Part shown: positions 19,540 to 27,432 of the stretch, piece after piece
Layout of the letters: every line of letters begins with the position of its first letter
Numbering within the stretch: position 1 is the stretch's first letter
Assembly: GCA_049287005.1 (NCBI GenBank)
Contig: JBAQEZ010000003.1
Span: forward strand, 265,745 to 329,744
Length of the DNA stretch: 64,000 bases
Source: Candidatus Moraniibacteriota bacterium
GTDB lineage: Bacteria > Patescibacteriota > Minisyncoccia > Moranbacterales > UBA1568
Direction: 5' to 3'
Notes under the pieces: model-generated
Databases searched by the model: none
The model's input: only the letters and a program-made list of their open reading frames with translations
What the model was told of the DNA's origin: nothing
Program-made: the position numbers and the translations under genes

Positions 19540-20739
19540 ATGAGTCACTATCTCAGCCGGTTGGGCATCCTTCTCTCCTTCGTATTGCGGGATGTTTCCA
19601 AAAGCCGCTTCGTTCTCATTTTTACGACCATCAGTCTGAGTACCGCTTTTACGGCCGTTTTCCTTTCGGCCGGCATCTTGGAAGGTTTCCAAGTTATGCT
19701 GAAAAGCGGCGCTATAGATACGATGGGTGAAATCGTCATTTATCCGAAAGACGGAGAGACTCACATCGAAAATATCGAATCTATCAGTCAAGAAATCAAA
19801 GATACGGAAAACGTCGAATCATTCAGTGTCAGGGATGTGGGAGAAGCTATCATAGAATATGGCGATACGAAAATCGGTCCTTATGCCACCATGGGTATGG
19901 AGGTTGCGCGAGAAGCATCCGTTACCAAATTGCCCGAGGATATCACAGAGGGAAGATTTTTGAACAACAAAGATTCAAAAAACGTGGTTTTGGGCGCGAC
20001 ACTCGCGGACGCGTTGGTCGGCCTTCAATATGACGGCAGGAGGGTCCCCATCGGTGGCAAGGTCAAGATATCCTCCGGTACCGGTCAGCAGGGAGAATAC
20101 ACTGTTGTCGGTATCCTAGATGGTAAGACATTTGCTCCCAACTGGGTTGTCTATTTCAATAAAGATGAGTTGGACAAGTTCGAACCACGGTATAAAGACA
20201 ACCAGATCGTGGTGAAGCTGAAGGATCCAACGCAGCCCGCAATAACCAAGCAGATTTTGCGGCAAAAAAAATTAGATATGCAGGTTGTGACTTGGCAGGA
20301 TGAGGCCGGATTCATAGCCAATATAGTCTCTGCGACCAAATTCGTGACCGGTTCCATCAGCGGACTTTTGATAATTGCGGTGTTCGTCATCATGAGTGTG
20401 ATTATTTTCATCAATGTCTCCCAGCGTCGGCGGCAGATCGGTATTTTGAAATCCATGGGCGCGAGCAATCGGTTTATCGTGGCCATCTATGTTTTTGAGG
20501 CTTTCACCTACGCTACCATCTCCTTCGCTTTCGGACTCTTGTTTTTCATGCTCATTCATATCCATTCGACCAGCAACCCAATGCATACTCTCATAGGTGA
20601 TTTTCATACTGAATTCAACCCTCAAGATATCGTTCCTTCGCTTATCGTGCTGGTACTGGCTTCAATGGGTGGGAGTTTTTTCCCGGCCCTTTCGGCGGCA
20701 AGAACGCGCATTGCTGATGTCGTTCGTAGCGGTGTATAA
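19540..20739 (+). CDS. ABC transporter permease, FtsX/MacB-like (paralog)
   Basis: Same architecture as the upstream permease, with ILKSMGASNRFIVAIYV. Confidence 0.8.
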   Translation: MSHYLSRLGILLSFVLRDVSKSRFVLIFTTISLSTAFTAVFLSAGILEGFQVMLKSGAIDTMGEIVIYPKDGETHIENIESISQEIKDTENVESFSVRDVGEAIIEYGDTKIGPYATMGMEVAREASVTKLPEDITEGRFLNNKDSKNVVLGATLADALVGLQYDGRRVPIGGKVKISSGTGQQGEYTVVGILDGKTFAPNWVVYFNKDELDKFEPRYKDNQIVVKLKDPTQPAITKQILRQKKLDMQVVTWQDEAGFIANIVSATKFVTGSISGLLIIAVFVIMSVIIFINVSQRRRQIGILKSMGASNRFIVAIYVFEAFTYATISFAFGLLFFMLIHIHSTSNPMHTLIGDFHTEFNPQDIVPSLIVLVLASMGGSFFPALSAARTRIADVVRSGV

Positions 20740-20753
20740 TCATAATTAAGCAT

Positions 20754-21467
20754 ATGGAAATTCTTGCCAGTTTGAAAGATGTTCACAAAGAATATCGGAT
20801 GAGCAAAGTGCTGACCATCCCGGCGCTTAATGGTGTCACTCTGGATATCTTCAAAGGCGAGTTCCTGGCGATTACCGGACATTCCGGCTCCGGAAAGAGC
20901 ACGATGCTGAATATTCTGGGGCTTCTGGACGAACCGACACGCGGCGAGATGTATTTCGCGGGACACGAAGTCCACAATTTTACGGAAAAGCAGAGAGTCG
21001 ATCTGCGTTTGAATACGATGAGTTTTGTGTTTCAGTTTTTCAATCTGATTGACAATTATACGGCGCTGGAAAATATAAAATTCCAGCTGTTCCTGCAGGG
21101 CTGTGGCGGCAGGGAGGCGAATCGTCGATCGCAAGAAATTATTGATTTTTTGGGGCTCAAGGAACGTGCTTCCTTTTTCCCGCACGAGCTTTCCGGCGGC
21201 GAACAGCAGCGAGTGGCTATCGGGCGGGCGCTCGCCAAGGACTCCCTGATCATTATGGCTGATGAACCGACGGCGCATCTGGATTCCGCGAACGGGCAGG
21301 CAACTATCCAGTTATTGCACGATATCAACAAGAAATTCAATCGGACAGTGGTTCTGGTGACGCACGAAGAAGAGGAGGCGCGTCATGCTGATCGCAACGT
21401 GATGATGAGTGACGGAAAAATCTTGGAAATCAAGATACACCAAAAGATTGAAATAAAGCCTGAGTAG
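20754..21467 (+). CDS. ABC transporter ATP-binding protein (MacB/LolD-type)
   Basis: GHSGSGKST is Walker A, LSGGEQQRVAIGRAL is the signature motif, and IIMADEPT is Walker B. Confidence 0.9.
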   Translation: MEILASLKDVHKEYRMSKVLTIPALNGVTLDIFKGEFLAITGHSGSGKSTMLNILGLLDEPTRGEMYFAGHEVHNFTEKQRVDLRLNTMSFVFQFFNLIDNYTALENIKFQLFLQGCGGREANRRSQEIIDFLGLKERASFFPHELSGGEQQRVAIGRALAKDSLIIMADEPTAHLDSANGQATIQLLHDINKKFNRTVVLVTHEEEEARHADRNVMMSDGKILEIKIHQKIEIKPE

Positions 21468-21484
21468 ATGCTATAATTGGAAGT

Positions 21485-23038
21485 ATGCAAGGCAAAAAAA
21501 TAATTCTTACCATTCTGGTACTCGCGTTTTTGGGAGGCGCGGGACTTTTTGTATTTTTGAAATTTACGACAACCGAAAACGCAAAAAATATTTCTCCGGA
21601 AAATGGTAACGGATTTGTTGTCCAGAGTGGTTCTGCCGACCCTTCTGTGGAAGTGGATGACGCAGCACTTGTTCCGAAGGAAGACATGCACCTGGCGTTT
21701 GAGATGGGCGGAAAAATCCAAAAAGTGCTGGTAACGGAAGGACAAAGCGTGAACGAGGGAGATGCCCTGGTACAACTGGATACGACACAGCTGGCTATCG
21801 TCAAACGGCAGGCAGAGGCCGGAGTGAAGCAGGCACGGGCCGGCTTGGATAGATTGATCAATGGACTAACGGTGGCAGATCTCAAAGTCTTGCAAGCTGG
21901 TAAGAAGTCCGCTGATGAGTCGGCCGATGCTTTGCATGGAGGCGTCTTGGACGCCTTGCAGGGTTCTTTCACAGCGGCGGATGACGCAATGCGCGGCAAA
22001 ACGAATGCGCTTTTTACTGATCCGGATGGCGCGGATCCACAATTGAATATCCCGGTTTCTGACAGCAGCCTCGAGTTGGCTATCGAATCGTCTCGCCTCG
22101 AATTGAATACGGATCTGGAGTCTTTCAAAAATCGTGTCAATGGCCTAGGTTCGGGTAGTGATCCGGATAAAGAAACATCTCATGCCAAAGATTTTCTCAA
22201 TGAAGTGGCTAGTTATCTGACGAATGTAGCCAAGGCAGTGGATATACTGACGACTGCAGACGGTCTTACTCAAGACGAAATCGATGCCTTGAATGTGGCG
22301 GTTTCTACTGGTCGGGGAGAAGTGGATACAGCCAAAGCCGCCCTGGCCAAGGGATTGGCAAAGTTCAGCTTAGCGAATGGGGCATTTTCAGTAGCCACGA
22401 AGGATTATAAATCGAAAACGGTCGGACCGCGGCCGGAAGATATCGCGGTTGCGACCGCGCAAGTAGATGTGGCACGCGACCAGCTGAGCCTGGTAAATGA
22501 ACAGATAGCGAAAACTATATTAATTGCACCACATGCCGGAATGGTGAGTAAGATATGGTTCAAGGAAGGAGAAATTGATCCAGCTGGCCAGCCGGTCATC
22601 TCTTTTCGTAGTTCAGAAATGAAGATCCAGGCTGACGTGCCGGAAGAGGATATTTTGAAAGTTGCTATTGGTTCAGCTGCACGCGTAAAATTCAAAGCAT
22701 TGGTGCAGACAGTTTTTTTCGGAAAAGTCGACGCTATCGAAGCTCATGAAATCAACAAAGATGGGGATGTTTATTATCGCGTAGATATCGGGTCGTCGGA
22801 CTTTAACCCGCCTTTGCGTTCAGGTATGACCGCAGACGTGTTCATTGATTCGGCAGAGCAAGATAGTGCCATCAAGATTCCCTCAAGCTATGTCAGCTGG
22901 CGCGCCGGCCGTAGTTATGTTACGGTTGTAAATGCCGGTAAACGGCAAGAGGTCGAGGTCGAAACCGGAGCGACTGACGGAGACTCCACTGAGATCAGCA
23001 GCGGACTACAGGAAGGTCAGCAGCTCCTTTCGCCCTAA
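21485..23038 (+). CDS. HlyD-family periplasmic adaptor (membrane fusion protein)
   Basis: An N-terminal TM helix; the biotin/lipoyl-like hairpin GGKIQKVLVTEGQSVNEGDALVQLDTT; a long helical segment; a C-terminal beta-barrel. Confidence 0.75.
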   Translation: MQGKKIILTILVLAFLGGAGLFVFLKFTTTENAKNISPENGNGFVVQSGSADPSVEVDDAALVPKEDMHLAFEMGGKIQKVLVTEGQSVNEGDALVQLDTTQLAIVKRQAEAGVKQARAGLDRLINGLTVADLKVLQAGKKSADESADALHGGVLDALQGSFTAADDAMRGKTNALFTDPDGADPQLNIPVSDSSLELAIESSRLELNTDLESFKNRVNGLGSGSDPDKETSHAKDFLNEVASYLTNVAKAVDILTTADGLTQDEIDALNVAVSTGRGEVDTAKAALAKGLAKFSLANGAFSVATKDYKSKTVGPRPEDIAVATAQVDVARDQLSLVNEQIAKTILIAPHAGMVSKIWFKEGEIDPAGQPVISFRSSEMKIQADVPEEDILKVAIGSAARVKFKALVQTVFFGKVDAIEAHEINKDGDVYYRVDIGSSDFNPPLRSGMTADVFIDSAEQDSAIKIPSSYVSWRAGRSYVTVVNAGKRQEVEVETGATDGDSTEISSGLQEGQQLLSP

Positions 23039-23112
23039 GAGACTTTTGAGCAGACACTGAGAACAGTAGATTATTGAAGGAGCTGTCTTTTAAATTATCT
23101 GAATCTTATCGT

Positions 23113-24201
23113 ATGTTTCATTTTTTATACGTCCATATTTTCAGAAGAATAGTTTTTTTGCTTGATCCTGAAAAAGTGCATGATGGCATAGTGATGTTTG
23201 GAAGGAATTTGGGCAAATATAGTCTCACAAGGAAGATGACCAGAAGCCTATTGAGTTATCAGAACCAGGCTCTTTCGCAAACGGTAAGAGGAATACATTT
23301 CTCTAATCCGGTCGGGCTTTCAGGTGGCTTCGACAAGAATGCTGAGCTGACTGATATTATTCCGGAGGTTGGTTTTGGCTTTATGGAAATCGGTTCGGTC
23401 ACTGGAGAAAAATGTGATGGCAATGCAAAGCCGCGGTTGTGGCGACTCAAAAAATCCAAAAGTATCCTGGTCTATTATGGTTTGAACAATGATGGTGCCG
23501 AAGCTATTGCTCAAAGGTTGCGGGGAAAAAAGTTCAGGATTCCCGTCGGTGCCAATATCGCTAAGACGAATAATCAGAATACGGTAGGGAAAGAAGCCGG
23601 CGCAGCCGATTATTTGAAAGCTTATAAAGCGATGCAGGACATAGCTGATTATTTTACGATCAATATCAGCTGTCCGAATGCCTATGGCGGCTGCCCGTTT
23701 ACGGACAAAGAGTATCTGGATCATTTATTGTCGAGACTTGCAGAAGTTCCCAAGACAAAGCCGAGCTTTATCAAGCTCTCGCCCGATCTTTCGCATGAAG
23801 AAATCGACGGTATCATCGAGGTGGCCAGAAAACACGATATCGATGGGTTCGTTTGTTCGAATCTGACCAAGAGCCGCAACAATCCGAAGATCGTAGAAAA
23901 AGATTTTTCTGAATGTGGAGGGATGAGTGGAAAAGTAGTCATAGATCTTTCCAATGATCTCGTCGAGTATATTTATCGGAAAACAGGGAAAGAGTTCGTG
24001 CTCATCGGCCTAGGCGGTATTTTTTCCGCCGAGGATGCGTATAAGAAAATCCGTCTGGGCGCAACCTTGGTGGAACTGATAACGGGCATGATTTTTGAAG
24101 GCCCTCAGGTGATCGGTGATATCAATCAGGGGCTGGTAAAATTGTTAAAAAAAGATGGCTTCAAGAATATTTCCGAGGCAATTGGTGCCGATATCAGATA
24201 A
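23113..24201 (+). CDS. pyrD: dihydroorotate dehydrogenase-like flavoenzyme (class-2-type N-terminus)
   Basis: LDPEKVHDGIV is the class-2 N-terminal region. GFGFMEIGSVT, GLNNDG and NISCPN (Cys where class 2 has the catalytic Ser) also fit. GGIFSAEDAYKKIRLGATLVEL closes the FMN site. Confidence 0.75.
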   Translation: MFHFLYVHIFRRIVFLLDPEKVHDGIVMFGRNLGKYSLTRKMTRSLLSYQNQALSQTVRGIHFSNPVGLSGGFDKNAELTDIIPEVGFGFMEIGSVTGEKCDGNAKPRLWRLKKSKSILVYYGLNNDGAEAIAQRLRGKKFRIPVGANIAKTNNQNTVGKEAGAADYLKAYKAMQDIADYFTINISCPNAYGGCPFTDKEYLDHLLSRLAEVPKTKPSFIKLSPDLSHEEIDGIIEVARKHDIDGFVCSNLTKSRNNPKIVEKDFSECGGMSGKVVIDLSNDLVEYIYRKTGKEFVLIGLGGIFSAEDAYKKIRLGATLVELITGMIFEGPQVIGDINQGLVKLLKKDGFKNISEAIGADIR

Positions 24202-24211
24202 GATACGTCTT

Positions 24212-24868
24212 ATGCAGATTGATTTTTGTCGGGCTCGCTGTGATGCTGATCAACAGGGTGCGTTCGATCTTGTTTCAGAGGAATATAAGAAGGACGGATA
24301 TATCGATGTTGACGCCCGTCCGGACATCCCTGTCTATAATTTTTTGCTGACCTCGGCAACTTTTATCGCTAAGGCTGATAAGACAATAATCGGAACGGTG
24401 ACAATCGTTGGTGATGGGGAAAAAGGCTTGCCCATGGAAAATATCTATGAGGAAGAAATCGGGGAGCTGCGTTGGTCTGGAAAAAAAATGGCGGAAATCT
24501 CGCAATTAGCAATCAAGCGCGGAACGGCTGAAAATCCGGATATGCATCAAAGAAAAATCCAGACGAGCATTCCGCTTGCCCTCTTCAGGGTCGTTTATTT
24601 TTTTGCGAAAAGCCAGGGTATCGGGAATTTCTGTATCGCCATCAATCCGAAGCATGAAACTTTTTATAAATTACTCGGCTTCGAAGACATCGGTGGATTG
24701 AAAAGCTATTCTTTTGTCAACGGTGCTCCAGCTTTGGCCAGGATGTTGGACATCACGCAGGATCCCAAAGTACTGGCAGAAAAAAGCTTTATTTTTGATG
24801 AGATAATAAAAAATCCGCTGACGGCAGGGGATTTTGAACAAGCAATCATTTTTTCGCAAGAAATCTAG
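24212..24868 (+). CDS. putative GNAT-fold N-acyltransferase (FeeM/OlsB/autoinducer-synthase-like)
   Basis: About 218 aa. The call rests on overall residue pattern and size only; it is not motif-proven. Confidence 0.35.
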   Translation: MQIDFCRARCDADQQGAFDLVSEEYKKDGYIDVDARPDIPVYNFLLTSATFIAKADKTIIGTVTIVGDGEKGLPMENIYEEEIGELRWSGKKMAEISQLAIKRGTAENPDMHQRKIQTSIPLALFRVVYFFAKSQGIGNFCIAINPKHETFYKLLGFEDIGGLKSYSFVNGAPALARMLDITQDPKVLAEKSFIFDEIIKNPLTAGDFEQAIIFSQEI

Positions 24869-25938
24869 ACATTCTTCATAATTTTCTCGATTGCTTTTCT
24901 GCCGGAAACGGCGGATGGGCCTTTGGCATAGCCCAAACGGAAAAGAGCGACTGGAGTTTCGTTTTTCAGGTTTGGAAACGTTGCGTGAAAAAAATCAGCA
25001 ATCTCATTTTGTATCCGTTGATACTTCGGAGAGAGACCTCCTCGGGATAAGCGCTGGTTGAGTATCAGACACAGCGTTCCGAAAAGCGGTTGCATAAAGA
25101 TATTTTTCGTCGTCAGATATAGCCAGATGGCTTGCATTGCTCGTCCTCCTCCGAGGTAGGTGTGTGGATGGTGATCCTTGGAGTATGTTATGAAGGCGAG
25201 CGCTCCGGATCTTTTCACGTTTTGACTAGTATGTATCACTGAACCGACCCCCATGACTTTCCAAAGAAGCTTGATCTTTTCTGCCAGATAGATGGTCGGT
25301 TTGAAAAAATGCTTTTTCAGCCCGAGTTCTAGGCTTTCTAAGGGCAAGCCGACGACGGCCTGTTCATTTTTTTCAAAGCTGACCATGCGTAGCAGGTTAT
25401 CGCGTAAAGCCTTATCTCCCCAAAGTATGTAGTCATGAATACCTATGATTCGAGAAAATTGTTTGATGATTTGTGGATCTTCAATCCAACACAGATGGGC
25501 GCCTTTCGCTTCGGCCAAGGCTTGGAGCTTATTTTTGATATCTCTGGCTATTTTTTTCGTCGAGTAAGCGCGACGGTTCGTTTTTCGCTTGGCGAGAGAA
25601 TCAAGCAGATCTGATGAATAAGGATCGTGGGTTTTTTTGAGTTCGATTTTTGCTATAGGATGAGCACTTTCAAAAAAATTGATTTCTGGCGTGTATCCCA
25701 AGTGATGCGCCTGTACGTGCATGTTTTCGATGACCGCTCCTAAGCTGACATAATCAGCGAAAAAATCGATATTGTACAAATGATTGGCAGCCGTATGTTC
25801 CACGTCATGATGCACATAAATCGCATTTTCTTCAACGGTAAAAAACCACGGCTGGGAGTTATCCGCAGACGGTGAAAGTCGACCGGCCTCGATTATTTTC
25901 TGAATATTTTCTTTCATTTTCAAAATCTCAGTCATCAC
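24865..25938 (-). CDS. tandem nitroreductase-fold flavin oxidoreductase (SagB/ThcOx-like dehydrogenase candidate)
   Basis: The N-terminal half AGRLSPSADNSQPWFF is a nitroreductase FMN motif. The second half begins RRAYSTKKI, typical of a second nitroreductase-like subdomain. Confidence 0.55.
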   Translation of the reverse strand: MMTEILKMKENIQKIIEAGRLSPSADNSQPWFFTVEENAIYVHHDVEHTAANHLYNIDFFADYVSLGAVIENMHVQAHHLGYTPEINFFESAHPIAKIELKKTHDPYSSDLLDSLAKRKTNRRAYSTKKIARDIKNKLQALAEAKGAHLCWIEDPQIIKQFSRIIGIHDYILWGDKALRDNLLRMVSFEKNEQAVVGLPLESLELGLKKHFFKPTIYLAEKIKLLWKVMGVGSVIHTSQNVKRSGALAFITYSKDHHPHTYLGGGRAMQAIWLYLTTKNIFMQPLFGTLCLILNQRLSRGGLSPKYQRIQNEIADFFHATFPNLKNETPVALFRLGYAKGPSAVSGRKAIEKIMKNV

Positions 25939-25965
25939 ATAAGGCGGGGCACCGTGAATAGTCGT

Positions 25966-26838
25966 TTAGAGACGGCCGCGAGATTTCAGGACTGAAGTCA
26001 TAATGATTCGTTTCAGGCGCTGGATCGGATTCTTGTTACCGAAAGGCACCCAGACCCTTTTGAGTTTTTTCAGGTATGGATCAAAGTGCAAGGATGCCGG
26101 TGCCGAGCGTACTTTTTCTCCGAAGATAATTTTCAGGGCTTCGCAGGAAACAAGGTTGGCGCATAAGAGGGTTCCCGTGACCAACGAGGGAGCCTTTCTT
26201 TCTTTCCAATTGACAGCATCCGGATTGAAATAAGATCTTTGAAGCAAGGTGGGAGTCAGTCCGAGACCGAAGCGTACGAGCATCTCTTCTTTTGTCTGGC
26301 TATCTTCAAGATCGAAATATTCATCGAAGCGCATTCCCTGTGGGTTGAAGACGAGCATGGAAGAACCGAAGCCGACGGGTCCGGCCGTGAGGGCGAAGAG
26401 GCCGCGCTTCTGTGACTCTCGAAACAGCATCCGCCGGGTCGCGATACTGAAGAAGTCTATTCCATCCAAAACAATATCGGTATTATCCAGAAACTCCGCG
26501 ATATTCTCATCGTGGATGCCTTTGGGAAAGGCGGTCACTTTTGCGTAGGGATTGATCGCGAGGATCATGTTTTTTATCACCTCGGTTTTCGGTTTTCCGG
26601 CAGTCTCTATCGTTGATCCGGCCTGGCGATTCATATTGCCCACTTCGAAAACATCGAGATCGGCAATATGAAAATTTCCGAATCCCAGGCGAGCGAAAGT
26701 GGTCGCATAGATCCCGCCTGCGCCTCCCAGCCCGGCTATGGCGACTGTACTCTCTCGGAGCTTCTCTTGCTGTTCGTCCGTCAGAAGGCCCTTATTCCGT
26801 GAAAAGGCTTCCTGATAAAAGCGTAATGATTCGTCCAT
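25966..26838 (-). CDS. ThiF/MoeB/HesA-family E1-like adenylyltransferase
   Basis: IAGLGGAGGIYATTFARLGFGNFHIADLDVFEVGNMNRQ is a Rossmann-type nucleotide loop plus the E1 NRQ motif. The start is placed at MDESL (26838). The ORF-track start at 26892 would run through the shared upstream motif. Confidence 0.75.
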   Translation of the reverse strand: MDESLRFYQEAFSRNKGLLTDEQQEKLRESTVAIAGLGGAGGIYATTFARLGFGNFHIADLDVFEVGNMNRQAGSTIETAGKPKTEVIKNMILAINPYAKVTAFPKGIHDENIAEFLDNTDIVLDGIDFFSIATRRMLFRESQKRGLFALTAGPVGFGSSMLVFNPQGMRFDEYFDLEDSQTKEEMLVRFGLGLTPTLLQRSYFNPDAVNWKERKAPSLVTGTLLCANLVSCEALKIIFGEKVRSAPASLHFDPYLKKLKRVWVPFGNKNPIQRLKRIIMTSVLKSRGRL

Positions 26839-26867
26839 AGCGATAAGGTTAATAGCTTTATTACCAA

Positions 26868-26900
26868 ACGAGTGCCGGTAAAATCGGGTCAATACCCGTT
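26868..26900 (-). promoter_or_regulatory. Shared upstream motif, copy 2 (reverse complement AAATAACGGGTATTGACCCGATTTTACCGGCACT)
   Basis: It matches 18196-18228 except at one position (A/C, right after TTGAC). It lies upstream of the ThiF-like gene. Confidence 0.45.
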
Positions 26901-27248
26901 ATTTTAGAATCTTGCGACTATCTGGTAGTGCGGAAAAGTATAGATAGACCGTCTTAAAAAATCATGGTATCGCAAAATCATACCAAATGCAATTTCAATG
27001 TATTGCCAAACCATTCGAATGATAAATAACGCAACTGTTTTTCAGGAAAATGCTCTTTATAGTGCTATTCCCTATGTCAAAGGTATGAGGGAAATCACTC
27101 TATATATTATACAAAATATACGTGAGAAGCGCCATCTCAGAACTTCAAGTGAGGGTTACCAATCGGCCTAAGTCTATTGTTATATTTTCTGACTTCAATT
27201 AACAATTCAGGAGACTAAAGACTAGGATGATACAGCGGGCCGAGAACC

Positions 27249-27277
27249 TTGACAGATATTTCGTCAGCTGTTATTAT
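27249..27277 (+). promoter_or_regulatory. sigma70-type promoter upstream of tuf (TTGACA-17-TATTAT)
   Basis: TTGACA at 27249-27254, a 17-nt spacer, TATTAT at 27272-27277. Confidence 0.4.
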
Positions 27278-27432
27278 TCTCAGTGATGCTTTTACCCAAG
27301 CTTTTTTCATTTTTGTTTGGAAAAACTTTGGAGCGAAAAGAACATTTTTGAGTAAAAAATAATTCGTAATTATTAGGAGAGCACGGATACTTTACGGAAC
27401 GTAAAGGCACGCGCAATCATACGATAAAAGTT

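Noticed and set aside
24865-26838. Calling the ThiF/nitroreductase pair a TOMM (thiazole/oxazole RiPP) cluster
   Set aside because: No YcaO-domain cyclodehydratase and no convincing precursor peptide were found in the window. Only the E1-like and dehydrogenase-like components are present.
27000-27180. 58-aa plus-strand ORF (MYCQTIRMINN...) in the AT-rich spacer before tuf
   Set aside because: It has no RBS, AT-rich codon usage unlike neighbouring genes, and lies in the probable promoter or flank region of the island.
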